From: Camelus ferus
Taxonomy: Eukaryota
Assembly (NCBI RefSeq): GCF_009834535.1
Contig: NC_045698.1
Span: 7,318,001 to 7,382,000, forward strand
Length of the DNA: 64,000 nt
Direction: 5' to 3'
Part shown: one piece after another, positions 12,871-25,241 of the stretch
Numbering within the stretch: the stretch's first letter is position 1
Layout of the letters: each line of letters begins with the position of its first letter
Program-made: the position numbers and the translations under genes
The notes under the pieces: generated by a model
The model's database searches: none
What the model was told of the DNA's origin: nothing
The model's input: the letters and a program-made list of their open reading frames with translations, nothing else

Positions 12871-13075
12871 GGATCTTCATTCCTATTTGTTGGGAGACCA
12901 GGAAGAAAATGAGAACAGTGCAAACCAACAAGTTAACAATAACCAGCATGCTCGAAATAACAACGCAATTCCCGTGGTGGGGGAAGGCCTGCACGCAGCC
13001 CACCAAGCCATACTCCAGCAGGGCGGGCCTGTCGGCTTTCAGCCTTACCGCCGGCCTTTACATTTTCCACTCAGG
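12871..13075 (+). CDS. MARCHF6: MARCHF6 coding exon (~19)
   Basis: DLHSYLLGDQEENENSANQQVNNNQHARNNNAIPVVGEGLHAAHQAILQQGGPVGFQPYRRPLHFPLR; AG/GT flanks. Confidence 0.97.
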
Positions 13076-14199
13076 GTAGGTACTGTACAGACTTACCAGA
13101 AGTCGAGTCAGATTTCTGCTGGGAAGTTTTGCTGCTGTTACTGGTGCTGTTGGTGTGTAGTTCTCTTCGAGACATACCTCACAGTCCTGGTAAGAACCCA
13201 GATTTCAGTCCTCTCATTATGCAGCATAGTCTCTGTAGATGTCAGATAAGTTTATCAGATTTTAGAGGTGGGCCATGGAGTTGGGATTCCATGTGCTATA
13301 GCTCTCTGCTGTTTGAAAGGAACAATATGGAAGACCCTAGATCAAATGAGATATTAACATTCTTCATTCATTTCAACTGTGTCAGGAACTGGAATGGGCT
13401 TTTTAGTGCTTTTCTCTCTTCAATCCTTATAGTATTAATCCCAGTACTGCAAGATATGAGCACTAATCTCTTGTTTCCATCTGATGAAACTGAAGACCAG
13501 ATTGATTAAGGAAGTACCTGCCTCAGTAAGACTTTCCCCCCCAGACTCCTCCAGAACTGTTCCTGTCAGGGGTCACCAGTGACCTTCATGGTATTAAATT
13601 CGATGGTCAGGTCTTGGTCCTCACCTCACTTGCTATATTAATAGCACATAGTATGATTGGTCACTCCTTGCCCTACAAAACATTTTTTTCAAAGTCATTT
13701 AGGAATCTTCATGGAGGAATTGTTAACTTTAAGTCTTTAAAGTTAAGAGGTCAGGCAGATTTTTAAAAAAGGAAAGTGGGAAGGGCATTCCAGGCCTGTG
13801 TCAGGACAGAAGCGGGTTAGACATAGGGGTGGAATTGCAGGGGAGTGAATGTGCCCAGAGGGGCGGGATACGCAGGCAAGCTGAGAGAGATGGGGAGGGG
13901 GCCATCAGAGATGAGGGGAACTCTGAGAGATGAGGCTCTTGGATCAGCAAAGGTTATTTTCTAAGCAAAAGGTACTTTCTGGTCCAGGTTAGAGAGAAAA
14001 TCACTAAGGGGTTTCTCGGGCAGGGAAAGCTGGAGAAGGCTCCAGGCCCCTCTTGGAGTGCTGCCATCTGTCCTTTTCAGTCTTCCTGCTGGAGCTCGGC
14101 TCTCTGGGACTTGTTCAGGTAGAGGCAGGCAGCAGTCTCTGCCTTTCTGTCCAGGGTAGCTGCTTCTCTCTTGTCTCAGTGTGTTTCCTTTTTATCTGC

Positions 14200-14603
14200 A
14201 GTTCTCAATATGGGAGCCACCAGCTACAGCTGCATGTAGCTGTACATGTAAACTTAATTAAAAATAAACACAGTTTATAACGGTGTGGAGTGATGTGTTG
14301 ATTACCTCGGTGGGAATCCCTTCATAGTGTATACGTGTATCAGATCATATGATACACTTTAAGTATATTACAATTTTATTTTTAAGTCTATATACAATTT
14401 TATATACCTCAGTAAAGCTGAAAAAAGAAAAAGTACGTTCCTGGTAGACAACACACATTCAAAGTGAACACAGTTTAACATTCCTTTACTCATACACACT
14501 GACCCCATGTTAAGTGCTCAGTGGCCGCATGTGCAGGTGGCTCCTTTGTCAGGCGGTGTGGGTGTAGACATCACAGAAAGTTCTAATCGGACAGCACTGC
14601 TAG
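14200..14603. mobile_element. hAT-Charlie (MER3/MER33-like) remnant interrupted by an L1MA-type 3' end (~14280-14432)
   Basis: gagccaccagctac... and ...catcacagaaagttct...ggacagcactgctaga ends; inner ...atacctcagtaaagctgaaaaaa L1 tail. Confidence 0.6.
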
Positions 14604-14960
14604 AAAATAAGTTCTCATTTTGTGAAAAGTTAATTTTGTGAATTTGATTTAAAATGAATATTTTTAGTTTTAATAAATAATGAGGGAAAATTTAAGCTGA
14701 TTATGTTTTATTGTTGTTTCTCTGATTTAAAATACATTTGTTACTTGCTGATGTATCGATTATATGGAAGTGGACACTTAATTTTCTTTTGACCAAAATT
14801 ATAGGTAAGTTTACCTAAAATAAAAATTTCCTTTTTGTGTAAAATGGAAGGAATCCTGGAGATTTCAAATAGAGGCAGTTTCTTTTTACTTTGAGGGGTG
14901 TCATGAAACGCACTGAGCACATGTGAACACTGTTTATGACTCTTACGTTTTGCCTTGCAG

Positions 14961-15030
14961 ATATTTTTGTTGATTGTCTTCATGTGTATAACCTTACTGA
15001 TCGCCAGCCTCATCTGCCTTACTCTACCAG
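14961..15030 (+). CDS. MARCHF6: MARCHF6 coding exon (~20)
   Basis: IFLLIVFMCITLLIASLICLTLP; ttgcAG| and |GTatga. Confidence 0.96.
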
Positions 15031-16732
15031 GTATGAGCTTATGCTAGCTCTCTGCTAATGACATCATGAAAAGATGCTTTGTTTTAAAAGGTGTATCTTG
15101 CTGAGATGTGATCTTTAATCAAATATAAATTTGAAGTAGTTTTCCCCTCATTTCTTTATTGACTATGGGGTGGTGTTCTGTGTAGGGCTCTCCATCTCAT
15201 TAGACTCATTTGTATTGGAGCAGAGGGGGACAGAGTCAAGATACAATTTATGATTCACTTTTGGAAGTAGAGTATTCATGGTCACTCAGTTTTTATGGAC
15301 ATTGTCTTATTGCAGTATGGGTTCTCAAAAAGTCTTCTCTGTGGCTTAAGTCATTTTTTCAAACCAGTGTTTTGATGTTAATTATGTTTGCCTCATTATG
15401 TAATTATCTTTTCAAAACACTGCATGTTGTTGCTAGAGACCCTTATGAAGCCAGACTGTTCCCTTTGTCACCTAGTAATTATAAATCTGTAAATCTGTAA
15501 ATTTTAGCTAAATAGCATTTCTTCATCTAACAAGTAATACGCTACGGATGAATTTAGTGGCTTATCATCTTCTGCAGAGCTCAGGGGTAAATGGAGGTGG
15601 AGTCCAAAGCTGGTGACAGAGTGGCAGACACAGCTGTCCCTCCTCTCCCAGTTAGTGTTTATAGCAAAAGGTAATTTTCAGGTCTTATCGGCATGTAAAT
15701 GTGTATTGAGTTAGTGTCTTGATTATAGCACTAACTCATATAACTTTATAAATCAAATTTATATTAAATACTTGAGTTTTCCCATGCAGGCTAAGATTGA
15801 GGAGGATCAGCTAGTCAATTTAATTTCAAGTAATTTAAAAAAAAAAGAATACTTTCTAATTGATAAGAATTGTGATTTCCCTTAAACTGGTATAAATAAA
15901 GTTTGCTTTTTTTTTGTATTTCTGCACAGTTATTTTTGACCTTTAGAACTTCGCTCTTAAGTTCACTACTCACATCTCAGCTGTTAAAATGACAAAGTCT
16001 AGTTAAACTATTGGGTGCTGTGTGGTAAATGGATTGCTGAGAAAACTTAGTTTTTGAACTTTGGACAGCTTTATATTTGTGGTTTTTATGTTCTATTTTC
16101 ATGTTTTCTTCATGAAATATTAAATAGTTAACAAAAGAAGGAAACCTAGTTTTAGTACTTGAATTTGGCAATGTAACTACTTTAATTTCATTGGTGCGTA
16201 AGTAACTATTTCCCTCTTACTCCTGTCCCACCATCTAGTGGAAAGAATGCAGTTACGTTTAACCGTATAGGAATGCTTCTTGTCAGACACACGTAAGGTG
16301 GCGAGGCTGCTTTTCCCCCCATAGGTTACTGTCCTGTATCTACATTTTAACTGATTTAAGTTTCTACAGACTGGAAACTAACCTGTCCTCTCAGAGACAC
16401 TTTTGATTAGAAGTATGTGAAGCATAGAATAAAAAATGGCCTTTACATTTTTTAAAAACCAACCAACCAACCAACAACAAAACAACCTTGGAGTAGAAAT
16501 ATATATATAGAACAGTAGACATTTCTACAGAAGTATCAGGGATACTTTAGTATCTTTAAATGAACATGCACATGTGTTTATTTCATGTAACATTTATATG
16601 TATTTGTAAAAATGAGTTATCTTCACACGAAAACTGGTTTGTAAGGTTGTGGAACAGTCTGTGGTTATCAGCATTATGGCTTATAAGACTTGACTGTTAT
16701 ATAAGACTTGACTGTTGGTTTGGCTTGGTTGG

Positions 16733-16950
16733 AGGCAGTGTGGGTCAGTGGTCAAGAGCATGAGCTTTGTCATTTTGACATGAAGTCAAATTCAGCTTCC
16801 ACCCTTGTGTGACCTTGGTTGGGCAAGGTTCTATTGCTGCGCTTTGGTTTTTTAGTCTTCAAAATGGAAATAGTTGCTACTTGCAGGGTTGTTGGGAGGA
16901 TTAATAAGAAAAATGTATGAAAAATGCTTGGCACAGCATTTTAGGTATTC
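16733..16950 (+). mobile_element. MIR SINE remnant
   Basis: gcagtgtgg...gtggtcaagagcatgagcttt...tgtgaccttg...ggcaag...aaaatggaaata...gggttgttgggaggattaa core. Confidence 0.7.
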
Positions 16951-17745
16951 AAAAATAACAGACTATATTAAGGAGAAATCAGTCCATAGAAAAATACACT
17001 GGAAATTTGGGTCTTGCTCTTCTGTGCAGCCTTAGTAAGAGGTAGCCATGTAAAGAAAGTTACTATATAAATGATTTTGCCTGATAGATTTTTGTGGGTA
17101 CATTGTAGAATTTATTTATAACTCTGTGTGAGGCTGTCCTTTAGACAACTTTTACATGTTTCCCAAGTTTCAGTATATTTATATCTTAATTTTTTCCTAA
17201 GAAAATTAATAGGATGTTCTTTGTTATTGAACTTTGTTGTGCCCAGTTACTAAAATAAGCTTAGCTTTTTTATCTTGATGAATGAACCAGTATAAGGAAA
17301 GTTACTGTAAATTATTTGTAATGTTCCTAAACATTAAAAATATTGACAGCACAAATAATAGGAAATAAATTATCCATTTTTGTCCTATTATGTGTATAAT
17401 GATACCGTTTAATGAGACAAACAACAAAAACATCCTCCTCAGGCTTTTTCAGTCCCCAGACAACAAGCAATTGGCCTGGCAAGTCAGAGCACACATCACA
17501 GGAGAGCTTGTCCCCAGTGACTTAACTGTGGTTTGCTTGTGTCTCAAGTGATTGCATTCTTTAGAGTTTGGGGGGTTTTGTTTTTGTTTGTTTGCTTTTA
17601 ATGAAGACACTGATATATCAAAATGTGGTATCTTTTTACTGATCACTTAAAATGATTGAAAATACTAATAGTACAATATTGACACCAGGATTAGAGTTCT
17701 CTTTACATGACCACATGTCTCATTTATCAGCCTTTCTATTTTCAG

Positions 17746-17927
17746 TATTTGCTGGCCGTTGGTTAATGTCATTTTGGACGGGGACTGCCAAAATCCATGA
17801 GCTCTACACAGCTGCTTGTGGTCTCTACGTTTGCTGGTTAACCATCCGGGCGGTAACGGTGCTGGTGGCATGGATGCCACAGGGACGCAGAGTGATCTTC
17901 CAGAAGGTTAAGGAGTGGTCTCTCATG
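17746..17927 (+). CDS. MARCHF6: MARCHF6 coding exon (~21)
   Basis: (V)FAGRWLMSFWTGTAKIHELYTAACGLYVCWLTIRAVTVLVAWMPQGRRVIFQKVKEWSLM; AG/GT flanks. Confidence 0.97.
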
Positions 17928-19587
17928 GTAGGTTTTTCTAATAAAGACTGACCTTGTCTGACAGGAGTAGTAAATAGTTTCCTGGTAACTTTGGATCTTC
18001 TCACTTTTGTTTCTTCACTTTGTTGATAGTGTCAAGAGAGTTGATTTTTTGAATTAGGAAGAGTGTTCCTTTAATACAGTAGTTTTCAGGTTCATCCTGA
18101 GAAACATAGTCAGATGTATTTGAGGGTTAAAAGAGAATCATGCTTTTAAGTGATCCAGTAAGGTTCTTGAGTAATAATGTAATTAGAAAGCTTATTTTGG
18201 AGATATTTTACATTTTTAAGGAATAAGATGTTTTGTAGAATTTAAAGTCAATTTGTTTAAGTAGAAATTTCCTTTCATGACATTTTTTTTCCCTAAAATC
18301 TGATTAAAATTTTTTTTTAAATACATAAAATCTTGACTTCAGAATTGAGTCGATGTTTTTCATATAAATGGGATTCCTTTAATTATAGTTTGTTGCTAAT
18401 TCAAGAGTGTCTTGCCTAATGTGAAAGTGTAGTAAGTAGTGGAAATTACTACTCTCAATAAAGAACTCAGTTGCCACAAAGGTGGGGGAAGAAACGTCCC
18501 TGGACATTGATTGTCCAAGTATGGCAGTTTATTGACTGTAATGTTGGCTGTGTCTGATAAGCATGTTTAGGTAAGTGCTTATGCCTTTTCATTTGTATAA
18601 TCAACTCTAGTTTTGTGTCTGAATTTATATTTTGATTTCATTGAAAGTTTAATATCCATTTAATATTAGTGTTGAAAGAAAAACAAAAGATTCATTGTAT
18701 ATGAAGAATGGAGGGGTTTAATTGCTGTGTAATCTATAAGATAATGAGACTTAACTATATTTAAAATGCAGAAACTGGCTAATAGCAGCTTTCATTTGAT
18801 ATTCTTCCATATTATATTGCCTTGTAAATAAGTAAGTACTGCATCTTAACACCATTTTAGTCTCTTGCTGTTGAAACAAATGTACTCACTAAGGCTGCCT
18901 TAAGACAAAGGGACATCAAGGCCACTCTGAAGACTGGCTCTTGAATAGTATTCTTCTTTTCTCCTGTGTCTACTTTATTTTCATTTTGTCACTTTGTCCA
19001 GATTCTAGAGCTGTGCCAGTAGAGTAGCCATGTGGCTAATGGCTACCATATTGCATAATACAGATAAAAAGGACATTTCTGTCATCAGTGAGTTCTGTTG
19101 GACCGCACTGTTCTCAGGAGAGCTAATTTGATCAACTTGGTTAATTACTTTTAACTAGGGTTATGTACAGCCCTTCCACTATTCCAGTCCGTCTCAGGGG
19201 TCACAGGCCAGCCTGTGGGTGGGCCACCATTGGGTCAGGGGCCTGGGACAATCAGTAGCTTTTCTTGGACCGACAAAAGCTTCTTTCTGAGAATGAGATT
19301 GAGAAAAACAGCACAGCCACCTGGTTAATATGTGTCATAAAATGAATTTCCTATAATTTTGTAGCAACAATGCATAGTAATTTCATGTTTTTGTTATAGC
19401 TAGAGTTTTTATAGTTATGCATTCAAATTTCATTTAAACATGTAACATAAAATGTCAGTTGTTTAAGGGTAATGTATTTGTTCTGTTAGGCATCAGGTCA
19501 AAGAAGAATAAATCTCCATATGAGATAAAAAATTTGGCTAAAAGTCGGACAGACTTTCTAATGACGTGGCCTTTTGTTTCCTAATAG

Positions 19588-19722
19588 ATAATGAAGACTT
19601 TGATTGTTGCGGTGCTGCTGGCTGGGGTTGTCCCGCTTCTCCTGGGGCTGCTGTTTGAGCTGGTTATTGTTGCTCCCCTGAGGGTCCCCTTGGATCAGAC
19701 TCCTCTTTTTTACCCGTGGCAG
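19588..19722 (+). CDS. MARCHF6: MARCHF6 coding exon (~22)
   Basis: IMKTLIVAVLLAGVVPLLLGLLFELVIVAPLRVPLDQTPLFYPWQ; |GTaagt. Confidence 0.97.
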
Positions 19723-20806
19723 GTAAGTGTGTGTCTCATGGTATTTCTTTATGTATTTGGAATCAGAAAAATCCTTAAATTTTTAAAAGTGATTTCAAGA
19801 GGGTTGTTTAGAAAGACTCCTTAATTTTTTCTATTCTTGGAGCCCTTGTAAAATCAATTAGATAATGGATTTTAATCTATTGCTTTCAAAATATGCGGGT
19901 CATATAACTCCTTTAAAAGACCTTACTTTATAGGATGTCACTATTTATTTAGGCTTCACCAGTATTTAAAGATACAAACTAATGTGTTGATCTTTTCACC
20001 TTTAGTTAGGGTGAGATATCTTGTTCCTTTTGGCTTTGAGACTTTAAGCAGTAACTTACTTTTTGGGTAGTTACAGAATGTTTTCCCACAAAATCACAGA
20101 CTTATTAAAAAGAACATTCTGAGGGAACCTATGCAGGTCACAACCAACGACCGAAAGTTCATGGAAAAGGAAATTTAACTTTTTTGTAGTGCTTAGAGCC
20201 TGAGGTCAACGTTATAGACCTTGGGTTTTTAAGAGGTGTTAGGGAAAAGAGGTAGGTATTAACTTCAATCATTCAAAGGCTTTTCAGCCTGTTTAAAAAA
20301 TTTCCTCTTAGTGTATTATGAATTTTCCAGAAATGAAAATTACCCTCTACTTTCCAGAAGAAGAACCTCCATAAACTTCATTTAATAGCAAATATTTGCT
20401 TGAATGCTTTAATGTGTGCCAAAGCCCTGTACTGTTTGACTTAGATGGAAGTAAGGCTAATGCAGGAACGTCTTGAGGGCCTACTGGCGGGTCAGAAAGA
20501 TAGGGAGACTGTGCTGTGATGCGGGCAGGCAGGAGGAGCTGCAGGCCGTGTAGGAGCGGTGTTCCCAATCTTGGGGGATTTCAGATGCGGTCTTCCGTAG
20601 GAGAGAATGTCCAGGACAGGCTAGTAGAGAGCAGAGGGGTGGTAAGAAAGGAAAAAGCATATTCCAGGAAGGAGCGAGCGGGCAGACCTTGAAGTGAGAC
20701 AGCACACGTACGGAGGGAGCTGCCTCTTATTCGCAGGTGAGGTGTGCTCCTAGGTTAGAACTGGAGCGGAAGTGAGCAGGAATGGGCAGGAGTCAAAGAG
20801 CATATT

Positions 20807-20940
20807 GGGGGGTGGGGTGCAGCTCAGTGGTGGAGCGCATGCTTAGCATGCCCGAGGTCCTGGGTTCAGTCCCCACTACCTCCATTTAAATAAAATAAGT
20901 AAATAAAACATAATCACCCCCCAAATATAAAAACTTTTTA
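20807..20940 (+). mobile_element. tRNA-Ala(AGC)-derived SINE (camelid Vic-1 type)
   Basis: gctcagtggtggagcgcatgcttagcatgcccgaggtcctgggttcagtcccc, A-rich tail, TSD aaagagcatat (20795-20805) / aaaaagcatat (20940-20950). Confidence 0.85.
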
Positions 20941-21159
20941 AAAAGCATATAGGATGCCTCTCTGTGGGAGCTGTATTGCAGTGTGGTCTAACAGCATCGG
21001 TGATTGAAGGAAAGCTGTTTTTACAGGATAATGCCAACTAATAAAGGTAGAAGAATTAATAGAATTAGAAAAATCCCTATTTTGCAATAATTAATAAAGT
21101 AATTGATTCTAAGAAGGGTTGTCAGTGGATGCTGAAGCCGTCAGGTGAAGGTTGATGGG

Positions 21160-21685
21160 TCTTTAGTTACTGTTGCTACAATAACAAGTTACCTCACAGC
21201 TACAGCTTACTGGCTTAAAACAAACATTTGTTTTGTCCACAGAGTCTGTGGGTCAGAAATTAAGGCAGGGGTATCCACTTGTGTTTGTTTCCTGTTGTCT
21301 GGGATCCCATCTGGGAAGACACAGTGGCTGTTTGATTTGACAGCGTCCGCTGGAATATCTGAAGACTCCATCACTCGTGTGAGGGTTGATGCTGGTTGTT
21401 GATTGCGCCTCATCTGGGCTTGTCAGCTGGATCCCCTTTCAGCTTGGTAGCCTCAGGATACTTGGGCTTTCTCACATTGCTCTTCAGGGAAATGAGTGTC
21501 CCAATGAACAAGGCAGGAGCTACAACGCCTTTTATGACATCATCTCAGAAGTCCTACAGCACTGTTTCTACTACATTCTACTAGACGTGCGCAAGTCACA
21601 AAGGTTGGCCCAGGTGTAAGGGAAGGGGACATAGACCCCTTCCACTCCATGGGAGAAGAATTTGCTGCCATGTTTTGATGCCCCT
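21160..21685 (-). mobile_element. MaLR LTR (MLT1-type) remnant
   Basis: ttagttactgttgctacaataacaag...ggcttaaaacaaac...tctgtgggtcagaaatt; approximate boundaries. Confidence 0.7.
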
Positions 21686-21904
21686 ACAATGCAGAAGGAG
21701 TTGTTTGCATGGTGGGAAAGTGTCGCAGATTTCTTGATACCTCAAAGAGAAACGCACAGCTTTGTAGTGGAGGGCTTAGGCAGATGCTGCCTTAACCCAG
21801 TGGTCGCTGCAAATGCAGCAGGCAGACAGTACATGCCTCCTGACGTCGTGTGGTATGCAGCACGGAAGAGGGCAGAGCAGCCCCTGGCATCGAGGAGCTG
21901 GCTT

Positions 21905-22405
21905 GGCCTTATCCCTTAGGCCTTGGTGTTCCCTGTTGGATGTAAACAACTCACAGAACATCATCATTACACAAGGCCACTCTGACCACAGTCGATTGAG
22001 ACAAAAGCAAGACCCCTGTCTAATCATGTGTGAACACAGGCAAAACATGAGCTTGTCTAAACCACAAAAATGACCAAACACACCCTGCCCTGGCTGACAT
22101 GATTGGTTGCTCCTTCATTTCCAACTACAGATTTATTACCCCCAGTCTGTCCCCTCTGGGTAAGATTTAAGGGACCCAACTACAGAATACTTGTACTTTC
22201 TAAACAGCATGTGGTATAGAGCAAAGCTTTGCTTCCTTAAATCCCCCCCAAATGACCTCACACAAGCTGATGAACTGAAATCAAGCCTTTTCTAACACTC
22301 TCCTTGCTAAGGGTTGCACATTCCCCATACTGTGTGGTCTCCCTCACTGCACTGAGTATCAATGCAGCTTGTTCAGTTAGACCTGTGTTTCTGGTGGTCT
22401 TGACA
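21905..22405 (+). mobile_element. Probable ERV solo LTR (MER34-like)
   Basis: LTR-like composition ending ...tggtggtcttgaCA; family assignment from recollection only. Confidence 0.45.
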
Positions 22406-24320
22406 GTACCCAATTTCATGTCCTTGGAGAATTATTTGAAATTACTCAATTTTAAGAATGCTTATATATTATGACCTATCAGTTTCACTCTTCAGAATCT
22501 CCTGCAAAGCAACATGTACCTGTGTGCAGGAGGCATGAACAAGGCTGTTCTAATATGTATCATTTTTTGTAATGTCAAAAAAATTAGAAGCAAACTGGAT
22601 GCCCATCATGATTGAATAAAATGTGGTGTATCTTTTTTTGGAATCTAGTGCAGCAATTAAAAAGAAGGAAGTAAAGCTGTATGTTTTGATATAGATAGCA
22701 CTTAGACATGTTTTTGAGTAGGAGAAAAACACAAGTTGTAGATAGCACATGTAGTATGGTAGCCTTAATGTTCTGGATAAAATTCCAAGGTTTGGAAGAA
22801 TATCTTGCTTTTCCTCCATCCCTGACTTGAAGCTACTTGCCTTTCTTGCATCGAACGACTGCAGATCTATGGGAGTCTGGGCTCTTTTGGAATTCTAGCA
22901 GGGGAACTACTGTGGTGTGTCCTGTGGGAAAGGACTGGAAAGCAGTGGATCTTGAAAGAGCTGGAACCTCAGTGATTTGTGGACCTCCTCAGGTGAACAT
23001 TAACCTCACTTGGGTGCCTTTTGGACTCCCAAAGGCCAAGAGAAGGCTGAGTTGGGAGGATTGAATCTTCCCTGCCTGTGAGCCTTGAAAGGATACAGAA
23101 AGTACAGGGAGGCTTTCTCCATGTTCTTCCTGGGGGACTGTTGGCTTGCTATCCCAGAGGTCTAACAAGTAACAGATCCTTTTGCAGCCCTATGGGATAT
23201 TCTGTCTGAGCTTCTGAGACACACTGAGCCTACAGAGAAAAATAAGAAATGCTTTGTGTAAGGGGTATCCAGCAGCCACAGAAAGAAAGATCAGGCAGAA
23301 CCATCAGAACACATGCCCAGTGACAGAGAACTCTTGTGGAGCCACAGGCATCCAAATAGAAGAATAGAAACACAGGCGATTGAGGTGTGTGTGCATGCAG
23401 GTCCAACAGCAGCCGTCAAGCGAGGTGAGGTTGGTGTGGTGTCACACAGCGTGGATTTCAAACAGATTCTGGGTGAATAGTCACCACTGAGGCTCAGGTT
23501 GGAGACCTGGATGACTAATGCACAGGGCAAAACTGAAGAATAGGAAATTAAGGGGAAAGGAAGTGTCTTGGAGGCTACATCTAGGAGACTTAATATACCC
23601 ATAATAAGGATTCTACAATGCAAAAATATGAGGCACCATTGAAACAAAAATAGGAGACAGTTTTAGCTGAATTGAAGAAAGAACTGATACTGTAGGTTGA
23701 AAGGGTTCATCCCATTTGGTGAAATGGAAATTGGTGAGAAAAACACATATTTGGGCATATCTTAGTAAAATTTCTGAATTTATGATTTCTGAAAGAGAAA
23801 TCATAAGCTTCAAAGAAAAAAAAAAAGCACACTGGCAGTGAACTTTGTAGCACTGAAAACCGTAAGTAGAAGGGCAGTTAGAGGCCATTTAGATAAAACA
23901 GACAAAAACCAAGCTTTCTGTACCCAGACCAAATGTCATCCAGTTGTTCATCTGTCAGGATGAAGAGGGATATTTGGGAATATGCAAGAGTTCAGTGCAT
24001 CAGCCTCTGACTCAACTTGAAGATCTTTTAGAAGACTAACCAACCAACCAAACCAGAAAATCAAAACATCAGGCTCAAGATAATGGGCAGTGAAGAGGAG
24101 GGAAAACAGTATGAGCAAAATCCATATAAAACTGATACTGTGTAATTCCTGTGGGACATACGTGTATAAGCATAGAAGGGTGTGTAGGGGAAAGCGTGGA
24201 GGGTACACACTGAATGTCCACAGTGGTTGTTGCTGGGGAGGGGTTAGGATTTGTGCCGGGGGTCACAGAGGACTCCAGCCTTCTCTAGAAAGGGTTCAGT
24301 TTTATGTAAGAATAGATTTA

Positions 24321-24426
24321 GAGAGGTTAGTATAGCTCAGTGGTAGAGAGCATGCTTAGCATGCATGAGGTCCTGGGTTCAATCCCCAGTCCTTCCACTA
24401 AATTAAAAAAACCAAAAAACAAAAAC
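24321..24426 (+). mobile_element. tRNA-Ala(AGC)-derived SINE (camelid Vic-1 type)
   Basis: tatagctcagtggtagagagcatgcttagcatgcatgaggtcctgggttcaatcccc plus A-rich tail; perfect 13-bp TSD aagaatagattta (24308-24320, 24427-24439). Confidence 0.9.
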
Positions 24427-25151
24427 AAGAATAGATTTAAATGTTATATGATACTTAAAAAAATACTTGCTTTTTTTAAAAAAAAAGATAAACAGAATAG
24501 GTTATGAAGGACTTGGTGTGCCGTGTTCAGGGCTGTAAGCAGGGAAGTCTCCTTAAGTGAACTGATTCGCACTTTAAGAGATCTCTTGGTGGTGGGTGCG
24601 GGTGAAGGTCACTTTGGCTGCCTGGTGAGGACGGGGGTGGGCAGGCCGGAGGCACAGTGAGGAGCTCGGTGTGGCTGGAGGTTCTCACGGCAGTTCAGCA
24701 GCACAGTGAATGCATCCACGTTGGAAGCTCTGTGCCTTTGGGATAATTTCTGTAAATCAGACGTGGCTCCACTGTTCTTTTGACATAAGTAGCTCAGCCA
24801 AAGCCAGTAAAACAGCCTAAGGAAGGTTCAGTGAAATGAAATCAGGGCACTGTTTTATTTGATTGTTGAAATCATTATTAATGTTAAACACTTTTTCTTG
24901 ATTCTCTTGGTAAAATAATGAAGATTTTTGAAAGATACAAGAATGAATTTTGATAGAAACATTGAACTTGAGCTGTTGGAAAAAATTCCCTGGGTTTTCC
25001 AGCATATGTTAGTCTTCTGTAAGATTGTTACTAATCCAGCAGAACTTCTGTTTTGAAATGTATTGTAACTAATGCAAGAAGATTGTATAGCCTCTGTTCT
25101 GGTTAATTGCTAAACGCAAACAAAAAATCAAAGTGGTTTTTATTACCCTAG

Positions 25152-25241
25152 GACTGGGCACTTGGAGTCCTGCATGCCAAAATCATTGCAGCTATAACAT
25201 TGATGGGTCCTCAGTGGTGGCTGAAAACTGTAATTGAGCAG
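25152..25241 (+). CDS. MARCHF6: MARCHF6 coding exon (~23)
   Basis: DWALGVLHAKIIAAITLMGPQWWLKTVIEQ; cctAG| and |GTaagc. Confidence 0.97.

Noticed and set aside
16682..16716. 18-bp tandem duplication (similar 16-bp one at 38342-38373)
   Set aside because: Ordinary slippage duplications with two copies and no spacers; not CRISPR-like.
24321..24400. Functional tRNA-Ala gene (also 20807-20885)
   Set aside because: Imperfect acceptor stem, A-rich tail and TSDs identify both as retroposed SINE copies.
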